A stretch of DNA of 64,000 nt from NCBI GenBank assembly GCA_963795085.1, contig CAWCFX010000004.1, positions 713,072-777,071 on the forward strand, given 5' to 3'. The first letter of the stretch is position 1. The number at the start of each line of letters is the position of its first letter. Source of the stretch: an uncultured Gemmatimonadales bacterium (GTDB lineage: Bacteria; Gemmatimonadota; Gemmatimonadetes; Gemmatimonadales; GWC2-71-9). Positions 45,337 through 54,971 of the stretch are shown here, piece after piece. Position numbers and translations under genes: made by a program. The notes beneath the pieces were generated by a model. It did not search any database, was not told the DNA's origin, and saw nothing but the letters and a program-made list of their open reading frames with translations.

Positions 45337-47930
45337 CCGGGCCTTCCGCCGCCGAGCGCTGGGAACGGGTCCAGCAGCTCTTTCACGACGCGCTGGACCG
45401 AACCCCGGAAGAGCGCGAGGCCTGGGTTACCGCCGCCGCGGGCGACAACCCCGGCCTGGCCGCCGAGGTGATGGCGATGCTCGCCGCCGATGAGGACCAT
45501 GGCCTGCTCGACCGCGGCGTGGCGGACGCCGCCGGCCAGGTGCTGGGCGGGCCCGGACCGGCGCCGCTTCCCACCGGCCGGTTCGGCCCCTATCGGGTGC
45601 TCCGGGTGCTTGGCGAGGGCGGGATGGGCGTCGTTTATCTCGCCGAGCGGGAGGACCTCGGGACCAGTGCGGCGATCAAGATCCTCCGCGACGCCTGGCT
45701 CTCGCCGGCCCGGCGGGAACGGTTCGACAGCGAGCGGCGGACCCTGGCCCACCTGAACCATCCCTCGATCGCCCGGCTGTTCGATGCCGACGCGCTCCCC
45801 GACGGCACGCCCTGGTTCGTGATGGAGTTCGTCGAAGGCGTCCCCCTCTTCACCTATTGCGTCGCCCGGTCGGCCCCGCTGGAGGAGCGCCTCAGGCTCT
45901 TTCGCGCGGTGTGCGAAGCGGTCCACCATGCCCACTCCCACCTGGTGGTGCACCGCGATCTCAAGCCGTCCAACATCCTGGTCAAGAACGACGGGACCAT
46001 CAAGCTGCTGGACTTCGGCATCGCCAAACAGCTGGAGAGCCTCGACGGCCCGGTGGACCAGACCCGGACCGGGCTCCGGCTCCTGACGCCGGCCTACGCC
46101 GCGCCCGAGCAGCTGCGGGGCGAGCCGGCCGGTGTCGCCGGCGACATCTACTCGCTGGGCGTCATTCTCTACCAGCTCCTGTCCGGCCGGCTGCCGTTCG
46201 AGATGACCGGCGCCGCCGGCGACCTCGAAGCCGTCCTCTCCGAGCGCGAGCCCGAGCGCCCGTCGGCGGTGGCCCGCCGGGACGGGGCAGGGGAGAACGC
46301 ACCGCCCGATGCCCGGTCGCTCAGCCGGTCGGCATGGGCCGACCTCGACGTGCTCTGCCTGACCGCCATGCGGAAGGACCCGGCCCGCCGCTACCGCTCG
46401 GCCGAAGCGCTGATGCGGGACGTGGACCAGTACCTCGCCGGCGAGCCGCTGGACGCCCGGCCCGACAGCCTGGGCTACCGGCTGGGCAAGTTCTCCCGGC
46501 GGAACTGGCGGCCGCTCACGGTAACCGCGGCACTGCTGCTCGTGCTGATCGGCGTGGTCGGGTTCTATACCTGGCGCCTGGCCCAGGCGCGGAACGCCGC
46601 GGTCGCGGAGGCGGCCCGCACCCAGCGGATCCAGGGGTTCATGCTGCGCCTCTTCTCCGATGACGAGGTCGGGCCGGCCGACACGCTGCGGGTGGTGACG
46701 CTGCTCGAGCGGGGTTACCGCGAGGCGCAGGCGCTGGACCAGGACCCGGCCGTGCGGGCCGAGCTGTACGCGACGCTGGGCGGGATCTTTCAGCAGCTGG
46801 GCAACCTCGACCGGGCCGACACCCTGCTCACCGCCGCGCTGGCCGAGCGCCGGCGGGTGCTGGGCGAGGAGCACGCCGACGTGGCCGACAACCTGGTGGC
46901 CCTGGGTCTCCTCCGGAACGCGCAGGCTTCCTATGACGAAGCCGACAGCCTGGTCCGGGAAGGACTGGCCATGAACCACCGCACCCTGCCGCCGAACCAC
47001 CCGGCGATCGCGGGGGCGCTGGTGTCGCTCGGCGAAGTCCTCATCGAGAAGGGAGAGTACGACAGCGCGGTCGTCGTGCTGGAGGACGCTGTCGCCCGGC
47101 AGCGCGGGGCGGGCTCGGCCCCGGCCGACCTGAGCGTCAGCCTCACCGACCTGGCCAACGCCCATTACTATGCCGGCCGCTACACTGTCTCCGACTCACT
47201 GAACCAGCGGGTGCTGGACATTGACCGCCGGGTCTTCGGCTCCCACCACCCCAACGTGGCGATGGACCTGATCAACCTCGGCGCCATCCAGTTCGAGGCG
47301 GGCAAGTATCCCGCCGCCGAAGAACGCTACCGGCAGGCGCTGGAGATCCTGCGGCCGTGGTACGGGGCGGAACACCCCGAGGTCGCCTCAGTCCTCACCA
47401 TGCTCGGCCGCGCGATGGTGGCGCAGGACCGGAACGAGGAGGCCGCCGGCATTCTCCAGCAGGCGCTGGCGATCCAGGAGCGCGCCTACGGGCCGGTGCA
47501 TCCCCGGGTCGCGTCCGCGCTGAACGAGCTGGGCAAGGTGGCGCAGGACCAGGGCAGGCTGGACGACGCCGAAGCCAGCTTCAGGCGGATGGCGGAGATC
47601 TACCGGCAACTGTACGACGATCGCCACTACCTGATCGGGGTCGCGCTCTCCAACCTGGCCGGGGTGTACGTGGATGCGAAGGCATACGACCGGGCGGAGG
47701 CGCTCTTCCGCGACGTGCTCCGGCGGTACGCCGAGGTGCTGGATCCGGGGCACCAGTTGATCGGGATCGCCCGTACCCGCTATGGCCGGACCCTGCTGCG
47801 TCACGGCCGCCTGGCCGAGGCTGCGGTGGAGAGCCAGCGCGGCCTGGACATCCTGCTTCAGCAGGACGACCCGCCCCAGGCCTGGATTGACATGGCCCGG
47901 AAGGACCTGGCCGAAGCGGCGGCGAAGTAA
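45333..47930 (+). CDS. Membrane Ser/Thr protein kinase with TPR repeats
   Basis: LGEGGMGVV, HRDLKPSN, DFG, YAAPEQ; TM segment; repeated HP.VA..L..LG TPRs; ATGA overlap with the ECF gene. Confidence 0.93.
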   Translation: MTGPSAAERWERVQQLFHDALDRTPEEREAWVTAAAGDNPGLAAEVMAMLAADEDHGLLDRGVADAAGQVLGGPGPAPLPTGRFGPYRVLRVLGEGGMGVVYLAEREDLGTSAAIKILRDAWLSPARRERFDSERRTLAHLNHPSIARLFDADALPDGTPWFVMEFVEGVPLFTYCVARSAPLEERLRLFRAVCEAVHHAHSHLVVHRDLKPSNILVKNDGTIKLLDFGIAKQLESLDGPVDQTRTGLRLLTPAYAAPEQLRGEPAGVAGDIYSLGVILYQLLSGRLPFEMTGAAGDLEAVLSEREPERPSAVARRDGAGENAPPDARSLSRSAWADLDVLCLTAMRKDPARRYRSAEALMRDVDQYLAGEPLDARPDSLGYRLGKFSRRNWRPLTVTAALLLVLIGVVGFYTWRLAQARNAAVAEAARTQRIQGFMLRLFSDDEVGPADTLRVVTLLERGYREAQALDQDPAVRAELYATLGGIFQQLGNLDRADTLLTAALAERRRVLGEEHADVADNLVALGLLRNAQASYDEADSLVREGLAMNHRTLPPNHPAIAGALVSLGEVLIEKGEYDSAVVVLEDAVARQRGAGSAPADLSVSLTDLANAHYYAGRYTVSDSLNQRVLDIDRRVFGSHHPNVAMDLINLGAIQFEAGKYPAAEERYRQALEILRPWYGAEHPEVASVLTMLGRAMVAQDRNEEAAGILQQALAIQERAYGPVHPRVASALNELGKVAQDQGRLDDAEASFRRMAEIYRQLYDDRHYLIGVALSNLAGVYVDAKAYDRAEALFRDVLRRYAEVLDPGHQLIGIARTRYGRTLLRHGRLAEAAVESQRGLDILLQQDDPPQAWIDMARKDLAEAAAK

Positions 47931-47956
47931 CTCGCCGCCGGGCCCGGTCGCCAGGC

Positions 47957-48970
47957 TCATGGGCTGTGGAACAACCCGATATCAATGGACCCGCTGGTAA
48001 TCACCAGGGGCCCCAGCTGGGCCGCAGCGGTGTTGGGCTGGGGGGTGAGCGTCGCGCTGAAGCTGCCCCGGGCCCGGGTGCTCGAGATGCTGGTGAGGGT
48101 GACGCTGCCGACATCGCCGGGGATGCCCCAGCAGCAGCGGGGACCGTTCAGGGTCACCGGGTCCCAGGCCTGGAGTATGTTGCCGCTCGTGTTGTTGAGG
48201 GCGTAGGTGCCGGGGGCGCCGGGCAGGGGAACGTTGAAGATGAAGGTCTGGGCCAGGTTGATCCCCGTGACCGTAAACCGGCCGTTGATCGCACCGGCGC
48301 TTATGATGGCCGCGTTCCAGGGGTTTCCGCCGAGGGTGGCGCTCATCCGGCTGCCGACGGAGTCGGGCAGCACCGGGACCGGGGCGACGGCGCTCGTCCT
48401 GATATTGAAGGCACCGTTGGTCACCACCCGGCTCCCGCTGATCACGCCGCCGCTCGAGTCGGCGGTGAAGGCAAAGGTCCCGGCCACGCTGGAATCGGTG
48501 AGCGCGGTGATGGTGATGCTGCCGGCGGCGCCGGAGAGCGGGGTGCCCCACTGTCCCCCGCCGCCGCTGGATTGGGTGATGCCGGCGAAGCCGCCGGTCA
48601 CGCTCACCCCGTCCACGCCCAGGGGATAGGTGCCCGGCGCGGCGATGTTGTTGATCGTCAGCAGCAGGGTGGTCCCGATGGTGCCGTTGGGCAACCGCTC
48701 GATACCGGTGATCAGGTAGCCGCCGCTGGCGGGGAGGTACTGGATCGCGGTGGCGAATCCCGCCAGGGTGTCCGCCTTCCAGGGCTGCCCGTCAATGTTG
48801 GCGGTCATCGGCGAGGGCTGCGGTGTGCCTCCACCCCCGCCACCGCCGCCGCCTCCTCCACCTCCTCCGTTCCCGTTGTTATTGGGCCCCGTCCCGTCGC
48901 TGCCGCCGCACGCGGCGATGGCCAGCCATCCGGCGGCGACCAGCGCGCCGCCCATTCGTATGAACCGCAT
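47957..48970 (-). CDS. Hypothetical lipoprotein with poly-Gly linker and two repeated beta domains
   Basis: GGAGG RBS, lipobox IAAC; internal repeats MTANIDGQPW/MSATLGGNPW and GSITIT/GSVTLT. Confidence 0.78.
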   Translation of the reverse strand: MRFIRMGGALVAAGWLAIAACGGSDGTGPNNNGNGGGGGGGGGGGGGGTPQPSPMTANIDGQPWKADTLAGFATAIQYLPASGGYLITGIERLPNGTIGTTLLLTINNIAAPGTYPLGVDGVSVTGGFAGITQSSGGGGQWGTPLSGAAGSITITALTDSSVAGTFAFTADSSGGVISGSRVVTNGAFNIRTSAVAPVPVLPDSVGSRMSATLGGNPWNAAIISAGAINGRFTVTGINLAQTFIFNVPLPGAPGTYALNNTSGNILQAWDPVTLNGPRCCWGIPGDVGSVTLTSISSTRARGSFSATLTPQPNTAAAQLGPLVITSGSIDIGLFHSP

Positions 48971-49006
48971 ACTGCCTCCTCGAGAAATCATGGTGAACCC
49001 CGGTGC

Positions 49007-49810
49007 CTACGCCTGGCTCCGGGCAACGAGAAACCGGCGGATCCCGGCGAGCGCGAAGTAGCCGGCCACCGCGAGGGCCAGGTAGGTCCCCAGCCCGATC
49101 GAGATCGCGTCGCTGATCTGGGCCTGCATCTCGGCCCGGATCTGGTTGGCGCCGGGGCCTTCGAAGGCGTTGCCCCCGCCCATGCTGCTCCGGACGCTGC
49201 TGTAGAGCTTGAAGGCGACGACCAGCATGAGCCCGAGCGGCAGCAGCGCGCCAAGATGGGCCCGGCGGTCTTTCCAGTAGTGGTGGACGAAGGGACCGGC
49301 CAGCGCGGCGATGGCGATGAAGCCATAGATCCCGGCACTCGCGCCCTGGCCGGAGATCTGGCTCAGGACTCCCAGCGCGCCCGCGTTGATCACGCCGAGC
49401 ACCTCCCAGAAAGTGAAGCTCAGGGTGCCGAGCCCCATGTCGATCGAGCCGGCGCTGAGGAAGAACCAGGCGATGGCGAGGAGCCCAAGGGCGGCCAGCT
49501 CCCGGCCGCCGAAGCGGGCGACCATCACGCCCATCACGGCGGTTCCCTTTTCCCGGGCGGCGGCGAGCGCCACCTGGGCCTGTTCCTTGGCGACCTGCGA
49601 CTCGGCGACCACCGTAATGGCCGCGACCTGGCCCGGGGCGCTGAAGGCCACCTCGACCGTCATCCCCGCCCTGGGGGGGAGGTCGGAGCGCCACATGCCT
49701 TCGAGCTGGAAGGGGTACTGGGTGCCGGCGACCGAGATGATGCCGGGACCCCGGCTGGTGTCCTGCAGAACGGTGCCGCGTGCGGTAAGCGATCGTGCGG
49801 TGGTGCCCAT
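49007..49810 (-). CDS. Hypothetical membrane protein with N-terminal OB-like region
   Basis: AGGAGG RBS; RGTVLQDT..GPG.I, YPFQLEG.W; about 4 TM helices. Confidence 0.7.
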   Translation of the reverse strand: MGTTARSLTARGTVLQDTSRGPGIISVAGTQYPFQLEGMWRSDLPPRAGMTVEVAFSAPGQVAAITVVAESQVAKEQAQVALAAAREKGTAVMGVMVARFGGRELAALGLLAIAWFFLSAGSIDMGLGTLSFTFWEVLGVINAGALGVLSQISGQGASAGIYGFIAIAALAGPFVHHYWKDRRAHLGALLPLGLMLVVAFKLYSSVRSSMGGGNAFEGPGANQIRAEMQAQISDAISIGLGTYLALAVAGYFALAGIRRFLVARSQA

Positions 49811-49934
49811 GGGGCCTCCTGGTGAAGGAAGGGGTGCACCAGGCATTGCGTGGAGAGGGGAGGGAAACCGTCAAACCTCCGGGAGACCCGCCGTTCACCC
49901 TGGAAGCACGAGAGCCCACGGAGGCCTCAACCGT

Positions 49935-49964
49935 TTGACATTCCCTCGACGCGACGACGATCTT
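49935..49964 (+). promoter_or_regulatory. Possible sigma70 promoter for a leaderless kinase mRNA
   Basis: Perfect TTGACA 49935-49940, weak -10 GATCTT 49959-49964, ATG 7 nt later, no RBS. Confidence 0.3.
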
Positions 49965-49970
49965 GCCCTG

Positions 49971-51632
49971 ATGCCACCTCCTTCCCGACCCCAACCGGGC
50001 CACCCCGCCATCCTCGAGCGGGGACTCGATACCTCCAGCGGGTCGGAGTTCGTACGGGAGCGGCTGGCGCTGCTGGCCCGGACCCTGTTCCTCGTCTCCT
50101 TCGGCTTCTATCTCTTCCTGCTGGCCAGCCTGGTCCTGCTGGGCGGCGCCCCCTTCGGCGCGGTGTTACTGGCCCCGGCCTCCCTGGGACACCTCGCCGC
50201 CAGCCTCACGATGGCCCTGCTCTGGTGGCTGGCCCGCCGGACGCGGGCCATCCCCCTTGGCCTGGGGGCGCTCGATGCGCTCGGCTTTGTCCTGGCCGGC
50301 GGGTTTCTGTCGTTCATGACCGTGGAGGACGAGGGACAGATCCTGCAGACCCTGCTGGCCCTGACCGTGACCGTCATGCTCCGCGCGATCCTGCTGCCCT
50401 CCCGGCCGGGCCGGACCATGCTGCTCTCCGCCCTGGTCTTCGTCCCCACCGTGGCGGTCTGTATCGGGTTCCACGCGCCCACCGCCTTCCTGCCGGGATT
50501 CGCCGCCGGGTATCAGAAGTTCCACATGACCCTCAACACCATTCTCTGGAGCGTGCTGGGGACGACGCTGGCCACCATCACCTCGCGGGTGACCTACGGG
50601 CTCCGGCGGCAGGTCGCCGAGGCGCGCGAGCTGGGGCAATACGTCCTGGAGGAGAGAATCGGGGGCGGCGGCATGGGCGATGTCTGGCGCGCGCGGCACC
50701 GCCTGCTGATCCGGCCGGCCGCCATCAAGCTGATCCGCCCCGAGGCGCTGGGAGCGATCTCCGGCGACGCCGAGCTGCTGCACCGGCGCTTCGAGCGGGA
50801 AGCGCGGGCCACCGCGGCGCTCAAGTCGCCCCACACGGTGCAACTGTACGATTTCGGCGCGACCGATGACGGCACCCTGTACTACGTCATGGAGCTGCTC
50901 GACGGTCTCGATCTCGACACCCTGGTCCGGCAGCACGGCCCGCTGCCGGCCGAGCGGGCCATACATCTCCTGCGCCAGGTCTGCGCGTCGCTGCTCGATG
51001 CGCACCGGAACGGGCTGGTGCACCGGGACATCAAGCCGGCCAACATCGTGGTCAGCCGGGCGGGCACCACGTTTGATTTCGTCAAGGTGCTCGACTTCGG
51101 ACTGGTCAAGCTTGACGCGAGCCGCGCCACCGGGGACGACGCCGTGGCCCGGCTCAGCGCGGAAGGCAGCACCAGCGGCACGCCGGCCTTCATGGCGCCG
51201 GAGGTGATCCTGGGGGACGCCGTGACCGACCACCGGGTCGATCTCTACGCGCTGGGTTGCGTCGGGTATTGGCTGCTGACCGGCAAGCTGGTCTTCGAGG
51301 GTGAGAGCGCGATGCAGGTGCTGGTCCACCACGCGAAGACCCCGGCGCCGCGGCCGTCCAGCCGGGTCGCCTGGCCCATCCCGGCCCAGCTGGAGGACCT
51401 GGTCATGGCCTGCCTCGAAAAGGATCCGGCGTCCCGCCCCGCCAGTGCGGAGGAGGTAAGCGCGCGGCTCGGCGCCGTGCCCCTGGCCTCGGCGTGGACC
51501 GCGGTTCGGGCGGAGGAGTGGTGGGCCGCGCACCGGCCGCCCGCGCCGGATGCGCGGCCGGTGGCGGACCTGCTGCTGTCGCAAGAGGGGAGGGAGTTGC
51601 GGGTGGGACCGGGGGTCAGGCCTCGGCAGTAA
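49971..51632 (+). CDS. Ser/Thr protein kinase with N-terminal multi-pass membrane domain
   Basis: About 6 TM helices, then IGGGGMGDV, AIK, HRDIKPAN, DFG, GTPAFMAPE. Confidence 0.9.
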   Translation: MPPPSRPQPGHPAILERGLDTSSGSEFVRERLALLARTLFLVSFGFYLFLLASLVLLGGAPFGAVLLAPASLGHLAASLTMALLWWLARRTRAIPLGLGALDALGFVLAGGFLSFMTVEDEGQILQTLLALTVTVMLRAILLPSRPGRTMLLSALVFVPTVAVCIGFHAPTAFLPGFAAGYQKFHMTLNTILWSVLGTTLATITSRVTYGLRRQVAEARELGQYVLEERIGGGGMGDVWRARHRLLIRPAAIKLIRPEALGAISGDAELLHRRFEREARATAALKSPHTVQLYDFGATDDGTLYYVMELLDGLDLDTLVRQHGPLPAERAIHLLRQVCASLLDAHRNGLVHRDIKPANIVVSRAGTTFDFVKVLDFGLVKLDASRATGDDAVARLSAEGSTSGTPAFMAPEVILGDAVTDHRVDLYALGCVGYWLLTGKLVFEGESAMQVLVHHAKTPAPRPSSRVAWPIPAQLEDLVMACLEKDPASRPASAEEVSARLGAVPLASAWTAVRAEEWWAAHRPPAPDARPVADLLLSQEGRELRVGPGVRPRQ

Positions 51633-51680
51633 ATTCTCCGGGCCTCTCTGCGGGTAGGAGAACCCGCACGCCCTCACCCA

Positions 51681-51742
51681 CTACGACCGAGCGCCCTGGA
51701 GGGACTTCCTCGCTACGCTCGGTCGCAGGGGGTTAGGGATCC
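51681..51742 (-). repeat. Palindromic element copy (...GCTCGGTCGCAGGGGGTTAGGGATCC)
   Basis: Reverse complement of the family at 57502, 61259 and 63911. Confidence 0.85.
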
Positions 51743-51765
51743 CGAGGCGAAGGTGGCCTCACGAA

Positions 51766-52941
51766 TCAGTCCTTCCTCAGCTCCCGATGCAGCGGCGTGG
51801 GAAACCGCGGCATCACCGTCACCTCCTTGAGCCAGCCCTGCAGCCGCTCCGCCTCCTGCTCCACCATCCGGGTGCGGTCCCGCCCGATGTCCTCCAGCAG
51901 CCGGGTCACCACCTCGCCGCCTTTCCGCACCGCCCAGCCGCCCACGATCCGGCCGTCGCTCCAGATGGTCGCACCGGCGTTGCCGTTGGTGTCGAAGAGG
52001 CGGGGCTGGTGGGGGCCCAGGTACCAGTCGCGCCGTTTCCAGCCCATCGTCGTGGGATCCAGCGAGGGGAGGAGGGCGACCCAGGGCTTAGGGGCGCGGG
52101 TCGGCTCGAGGTCATCGGGCAGCAGGTAGCCGGTCTCTCCATCGAGCGAGACCTCGACCGCGCGGTTCGCGGCCAGCGCCTGGCGCACCGCGGCCAGGGT
52201 CCACCCGGTCCACCAGCGGAGATCGTCCAGGGTGCCAGGGCCGAAGCGGGCCAGCCAGCGCCTCACCACCTCCGCTCTCGCCGTCTCGAGCGGCACCTCG
52301 GCCAGGGGAGCGCCCAGCCACCCGGTCATCGTCGCCCAGCGGTACTGGCTGCTCACCCAGCTGCCGCGGGGGCGGGCCCGCACCGCCTTGCCTTCCAGCG
52401 CCAGGAGCAGCAGCACTCGACTCACCATCCCGATGTCGCCGGCGTAGGCCTTCCCCTCGTTCACCCGCACCTTGCGGGCGAGGGCGGGGACTTCGCGGGC
52501 CAGCTCCTGCGCGGTCGCTTCGCCCAGCCGCTCCAGGGCAGCCAGTCCATCCTTCTCCGCCTTCCGGAGCCAGGGGCCGGGCCGGGCGATGCCCAGCATC
52601 GTGACCAGCTGCTCGTTGCGCCGGCGCTCCACCCGGGCGAGGGCGGCCAGGGTGGCGGCGTGGAAGATCGGCGCTTCCTCGGCGGGGAGCACGAACATCG
52701 TGCGGCGCATGGCCAGCATGCGGACCAGGGTGCGGTCGTCGTAGAGCGCCTTGTCGAGCGCGGCGACGGAGGGCCGCTTCATCCGGGGGAAGATGGAGAG
52801 ATAGACGGTGGCCGGGTCGGTGGCGTGGAGGGCGACGAGGTCCCGGGCGACCTGGAGCACCGACGTACACCGTGCCGCGGGGGCGAGGTGGTGGCGGAGG
52901 GCGAGGCGGGCGCGGCGCTCAGTGATTGAGATAGTGAGCAT
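51766..52941 (-). CDS. AlkZ/HTH_42-family winged-helix DNA glycosylase
   Basis: LVRMLAMRRTMFV, RRWLARFGPGT.DD..WWTG, LLPSLDP, DGRIVGGW; HATD at the QxQ/QxD position. Confidence 0.85.
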   Translation of the reverse strand: MLTISITERRARLALRHHLAPAARCTSVLQVARDLVALHATDPATVYLSIFPRMKRPSVAALDKALYDDRTLVRMLAMRRTMFVLPAEEAPIFHAATLAALARVERRRNEQLVTMLGIARPGPWLRKAEKDGLAALERLGEATAQELAREVPALARKVRVNEGKAYAGDIGMVSRVLLLLALEGKAVRARPRGSWVSSQYRWATMTGWLGAPLAEVPLETARAEVVRRWLARFGPGTLDDLRWWTGWTLAAVRQALAANRAVEVSLDGETGYLLPDDLEPTRAPKPWVALLPSLDPTTMGWKRRDWYLGPHQPRLFDTNGNAGATIWSDGRIVGGWAVRKGGEVVTRLLEDIGRDRTRMVEQEAERLQGWLKEVTVMPRFPTPLHRELRKD

Positions 52942-52955
52942 GGTCTATAGCCTTC

Positions 52956-52988
52956 AGCGTGCACCGTGCACCGTGCAGCGTGCAGCGT
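52956..52988 (+). repeat. 7-mer array (CASCGTG) x5
   Basis: Fills most of the gap between the ERCC4 and AlkZ genes. Confidence 0.85.
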
Positions 52989-52991
52989 TGC

Positions 52992-54053
52992 CTAGACCCA
53001 GCGGGCCTTGTCGCCGCGGCCGCTCTTTACCAGCACTCCTTCCTTCACCATCTGTCCCAGCACCCGCTTGATCCTGCTCACCGGCGCCTCGGGGAACCGC
53101 TCCTGCACCTGGCTCAGCGCGAAGGGGCGAGGCAGCTCGGCGGTCGCCGCGTGGCGGATCCGCTCATCCAGGCCCGCCTCGCGGGGGAAGGGATCGTAGT
53201 TCCGCTCGATGTCCAGCGCCAGCTGGGGAGCGGACTCGAGGCGAGTCCGGGCGATGGCCAGGAAGAAGTTGTGGGTCCAGGCGTTGGCCGCCTTGCGGTT
53301 GCCGGCATAGACGATGGGCAGGGTCGGGTGGAGCGCCGCCAGCTCGGCCAGCACCCGGGCCAGGTGTTCCGGGGGCCAGCGGCCGGCCATCTTCCGCGGG
53401 TTGAGGAAGTCGCGGTACTCCGCCTCGATCACCAGGGCGGCGTGGCTCAACCCGGCCAGGTCGGAGAGCTGGTGGTGCAACCCCTGGATCTTGCCGACCT
53501 CGCCCAGCAGGTTCTCGAACGTCTTCCGCTCCACCGCGGCGAGCACCAGCCCGTCCTGGACCAGGGCGTAATCGCCGCTGGCCAGCCTGCGCCGAGCCTG
53601 CGTGGCCCCGGGAAAGCGCCAGGGGTAGCGCTCGGCGCTGTCCACGACGACTTCCAGGTTCTCCGGCATCGCCCGCAGCTCGACCCGGCCGCCGGAGCGG
53701 TGGGCCCGGATCCCCCGCTCGGTGCGGAAGAAGACCTGCTCCACCATCTCGCCGCCGTTCTTCGCCGGCTTCTGGATCGCGAGAAACTCGCAGCGCTTGC
53801 GGTGGGGGCGGTCCAGCACCACGCTCAGCTTGCGGCCGACCCGGGAGAGCTGGGCGACGGGCACCCGTTCGACAAAGTCGAGCGGCTCGTCGGCCTCCAC
53901 CTCGCGCTCCCGGAGACAGAAGACCTGCTGGCCCGGTCCGGGCCACGCCTCCTGGGTGCGGAAGGCGGCCAGGACTCGGCCGTGCTGCTCCAGGCTGATG
54001 CGGTAGCGAAAGCGCCGGTGCTCGGTGCGTTCGAGGGTCCAGGTGGTGGACAT
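52992..54053 (-). CDS. ERCC4/XPF-domain nuclease
   Basis: VVVDSAE..PW.F, LASGDY, VERKT, ALVIE motifs. Confidence 0.8.
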   Translation of the reverse strand: MSTTWTLERTEHRRFRYRISLEQHGRVLAAFRTQEAWPGPGQQVFCLREREVEADEPLDFVERVPVAQLSRVGRKLSVVLDRPHRKRCEFLAIQKPAKNGGEMVEQVFFRTERGIRAHRSGGRVELRAMPENLEVVVDSAERYPWRFPGATQARRRLASGDYALVQDGLVLAAVERKTFENLLGEVGKIQGLHHQLSDLAGLSHAALVIEAEYRDFLNPRKMAGRWPPEHLARVLAELAALHPTLPIVYAGNRKAANAWTHNFFLAIARTRLESAPQLALDIERNYDPFPREAGLDERIRHAATAELPRPFALSQVQERFPEAPVSRIKRVLGQMVKEGVLVKSGRGDKARWV

Positions 54054-54060
54054 GCCTTAA

Positions 54061-54142
54061 AAGTGCAGAGTGCAGAGTGCAGAGTCCAGAGTGAGAACAA
54101 AGAGTACTGAGTACTGAGTGCTGAGGGCTGAGTGCTGAGTAC
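54061..54142 (+). repeat. 7-mer arrays (AGAGTGC)n and (TGAGTRC)n
   Basis: Read directly, upstream of the ERCC4 start. Confidence 0.9.
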
Positions 54143-54282
54143 CGCCACGGAGGGCACGGGTCCGGGCGTGGGGTGGATCACATCCCGCCGCCGTGCCGAG
54201 GGGGTAAGGTGCTTCTCCGGCGGGGAAAACATCTCGTGCGACATTCCCACGGATTGACCCGCAGACTCTTGGGAGGTGCACC

Positions 54283-54660
54283 ATGCTGGCAAGCGCCAAT
54301 GCCGTTGCGACCATCGCGGTCCGGGACCTGGACCGTGCCACCGACTTCTACCGCGACACCCTGGGGCTCAAGCCGGTCGAGACCGGGGAGGAGGGAGTCG
54401 CCGGGTTCAAGAGCGGTGATTCCAGTGTCCTGGTGTATCAGTCGCAGTTCGCGGGCACCAACCAGGCCACCTCCGCGACCTGGATCGTCGGCGACCGGCT
54501 GGACGAGATCGTCGAGGGGTTGCGGGGCCGAGGGGTGCGCTTCGAGCATTACGACCTGCCGGAGACCACGCGCCAGGGCGATATCCACGTGAGCGGGAAA
54601 ACGAAAGTCGCCTGGTTAAAGGACCCGGACGGGAACATTCTTTCGCTGGTGAATGGGTAG
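54283..54660 (+). CDS. VOC/glyoxalase family protein
   Basis: GGAGG RBS; VRDLDRA.DFY..TLGL, AWLKDPDGN.L. Confidence 0.9.
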   Translation: MLASANAVATIAVRDLDRATDFYRDTLGLKPVETGEEGVAGFKSGDSSVLVYQSQFAGTNQATSATWIVGDRLDEIVEGLRGRGVRFEHYDLPETTRQGDIHVSGKTKVAWLKDPDGNILSLVNG

Positions 54661-54674
54661 GAGGGAGAGGGGCG

Positions 54675-54728
54675 AGTACAGAGTGCAGAGTGCAGAGTGC
54701 AGAGTGCAGAGTGCTGAGGACTGAGTAA
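54675..54728 (+). repeat. 7-mer array (AGAGTGC)n
   Basis: After the VOC stop codon; followed by a partial palindromic element (54740-54795, similar to 57586-57640). Confidence 0.9.
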
Positions 54729-54971
54729 TTCTTGATCGGCTGTTCAGGGGAAGGGGGTACGCACGTCCAGGATTGGTCGGGTTTGATGCTGAGCACGGGG
54801 CGGCATCGCCGGCAGGCTTCGGAGATGGGGCAGGGCCTTCCCCTCTTGCACTTCTTCTCGGCCGATGCATACTACCGGAGTCCGGCGAAACCCATCGAGC
54901 CGCAGGATTGGTGGCGGCCGGCGTCGCGGATCCTGTGACCCATGCTCCAGGCCAACTCAGGCTACCACTCC

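Noticed and set aside
48829..48870. Poly-Gly tract as a contingency repeat
   Set aside because: Encoded by mixed GGA/GGT/GGC/GGG codons; an ordinary lipoprotein linker
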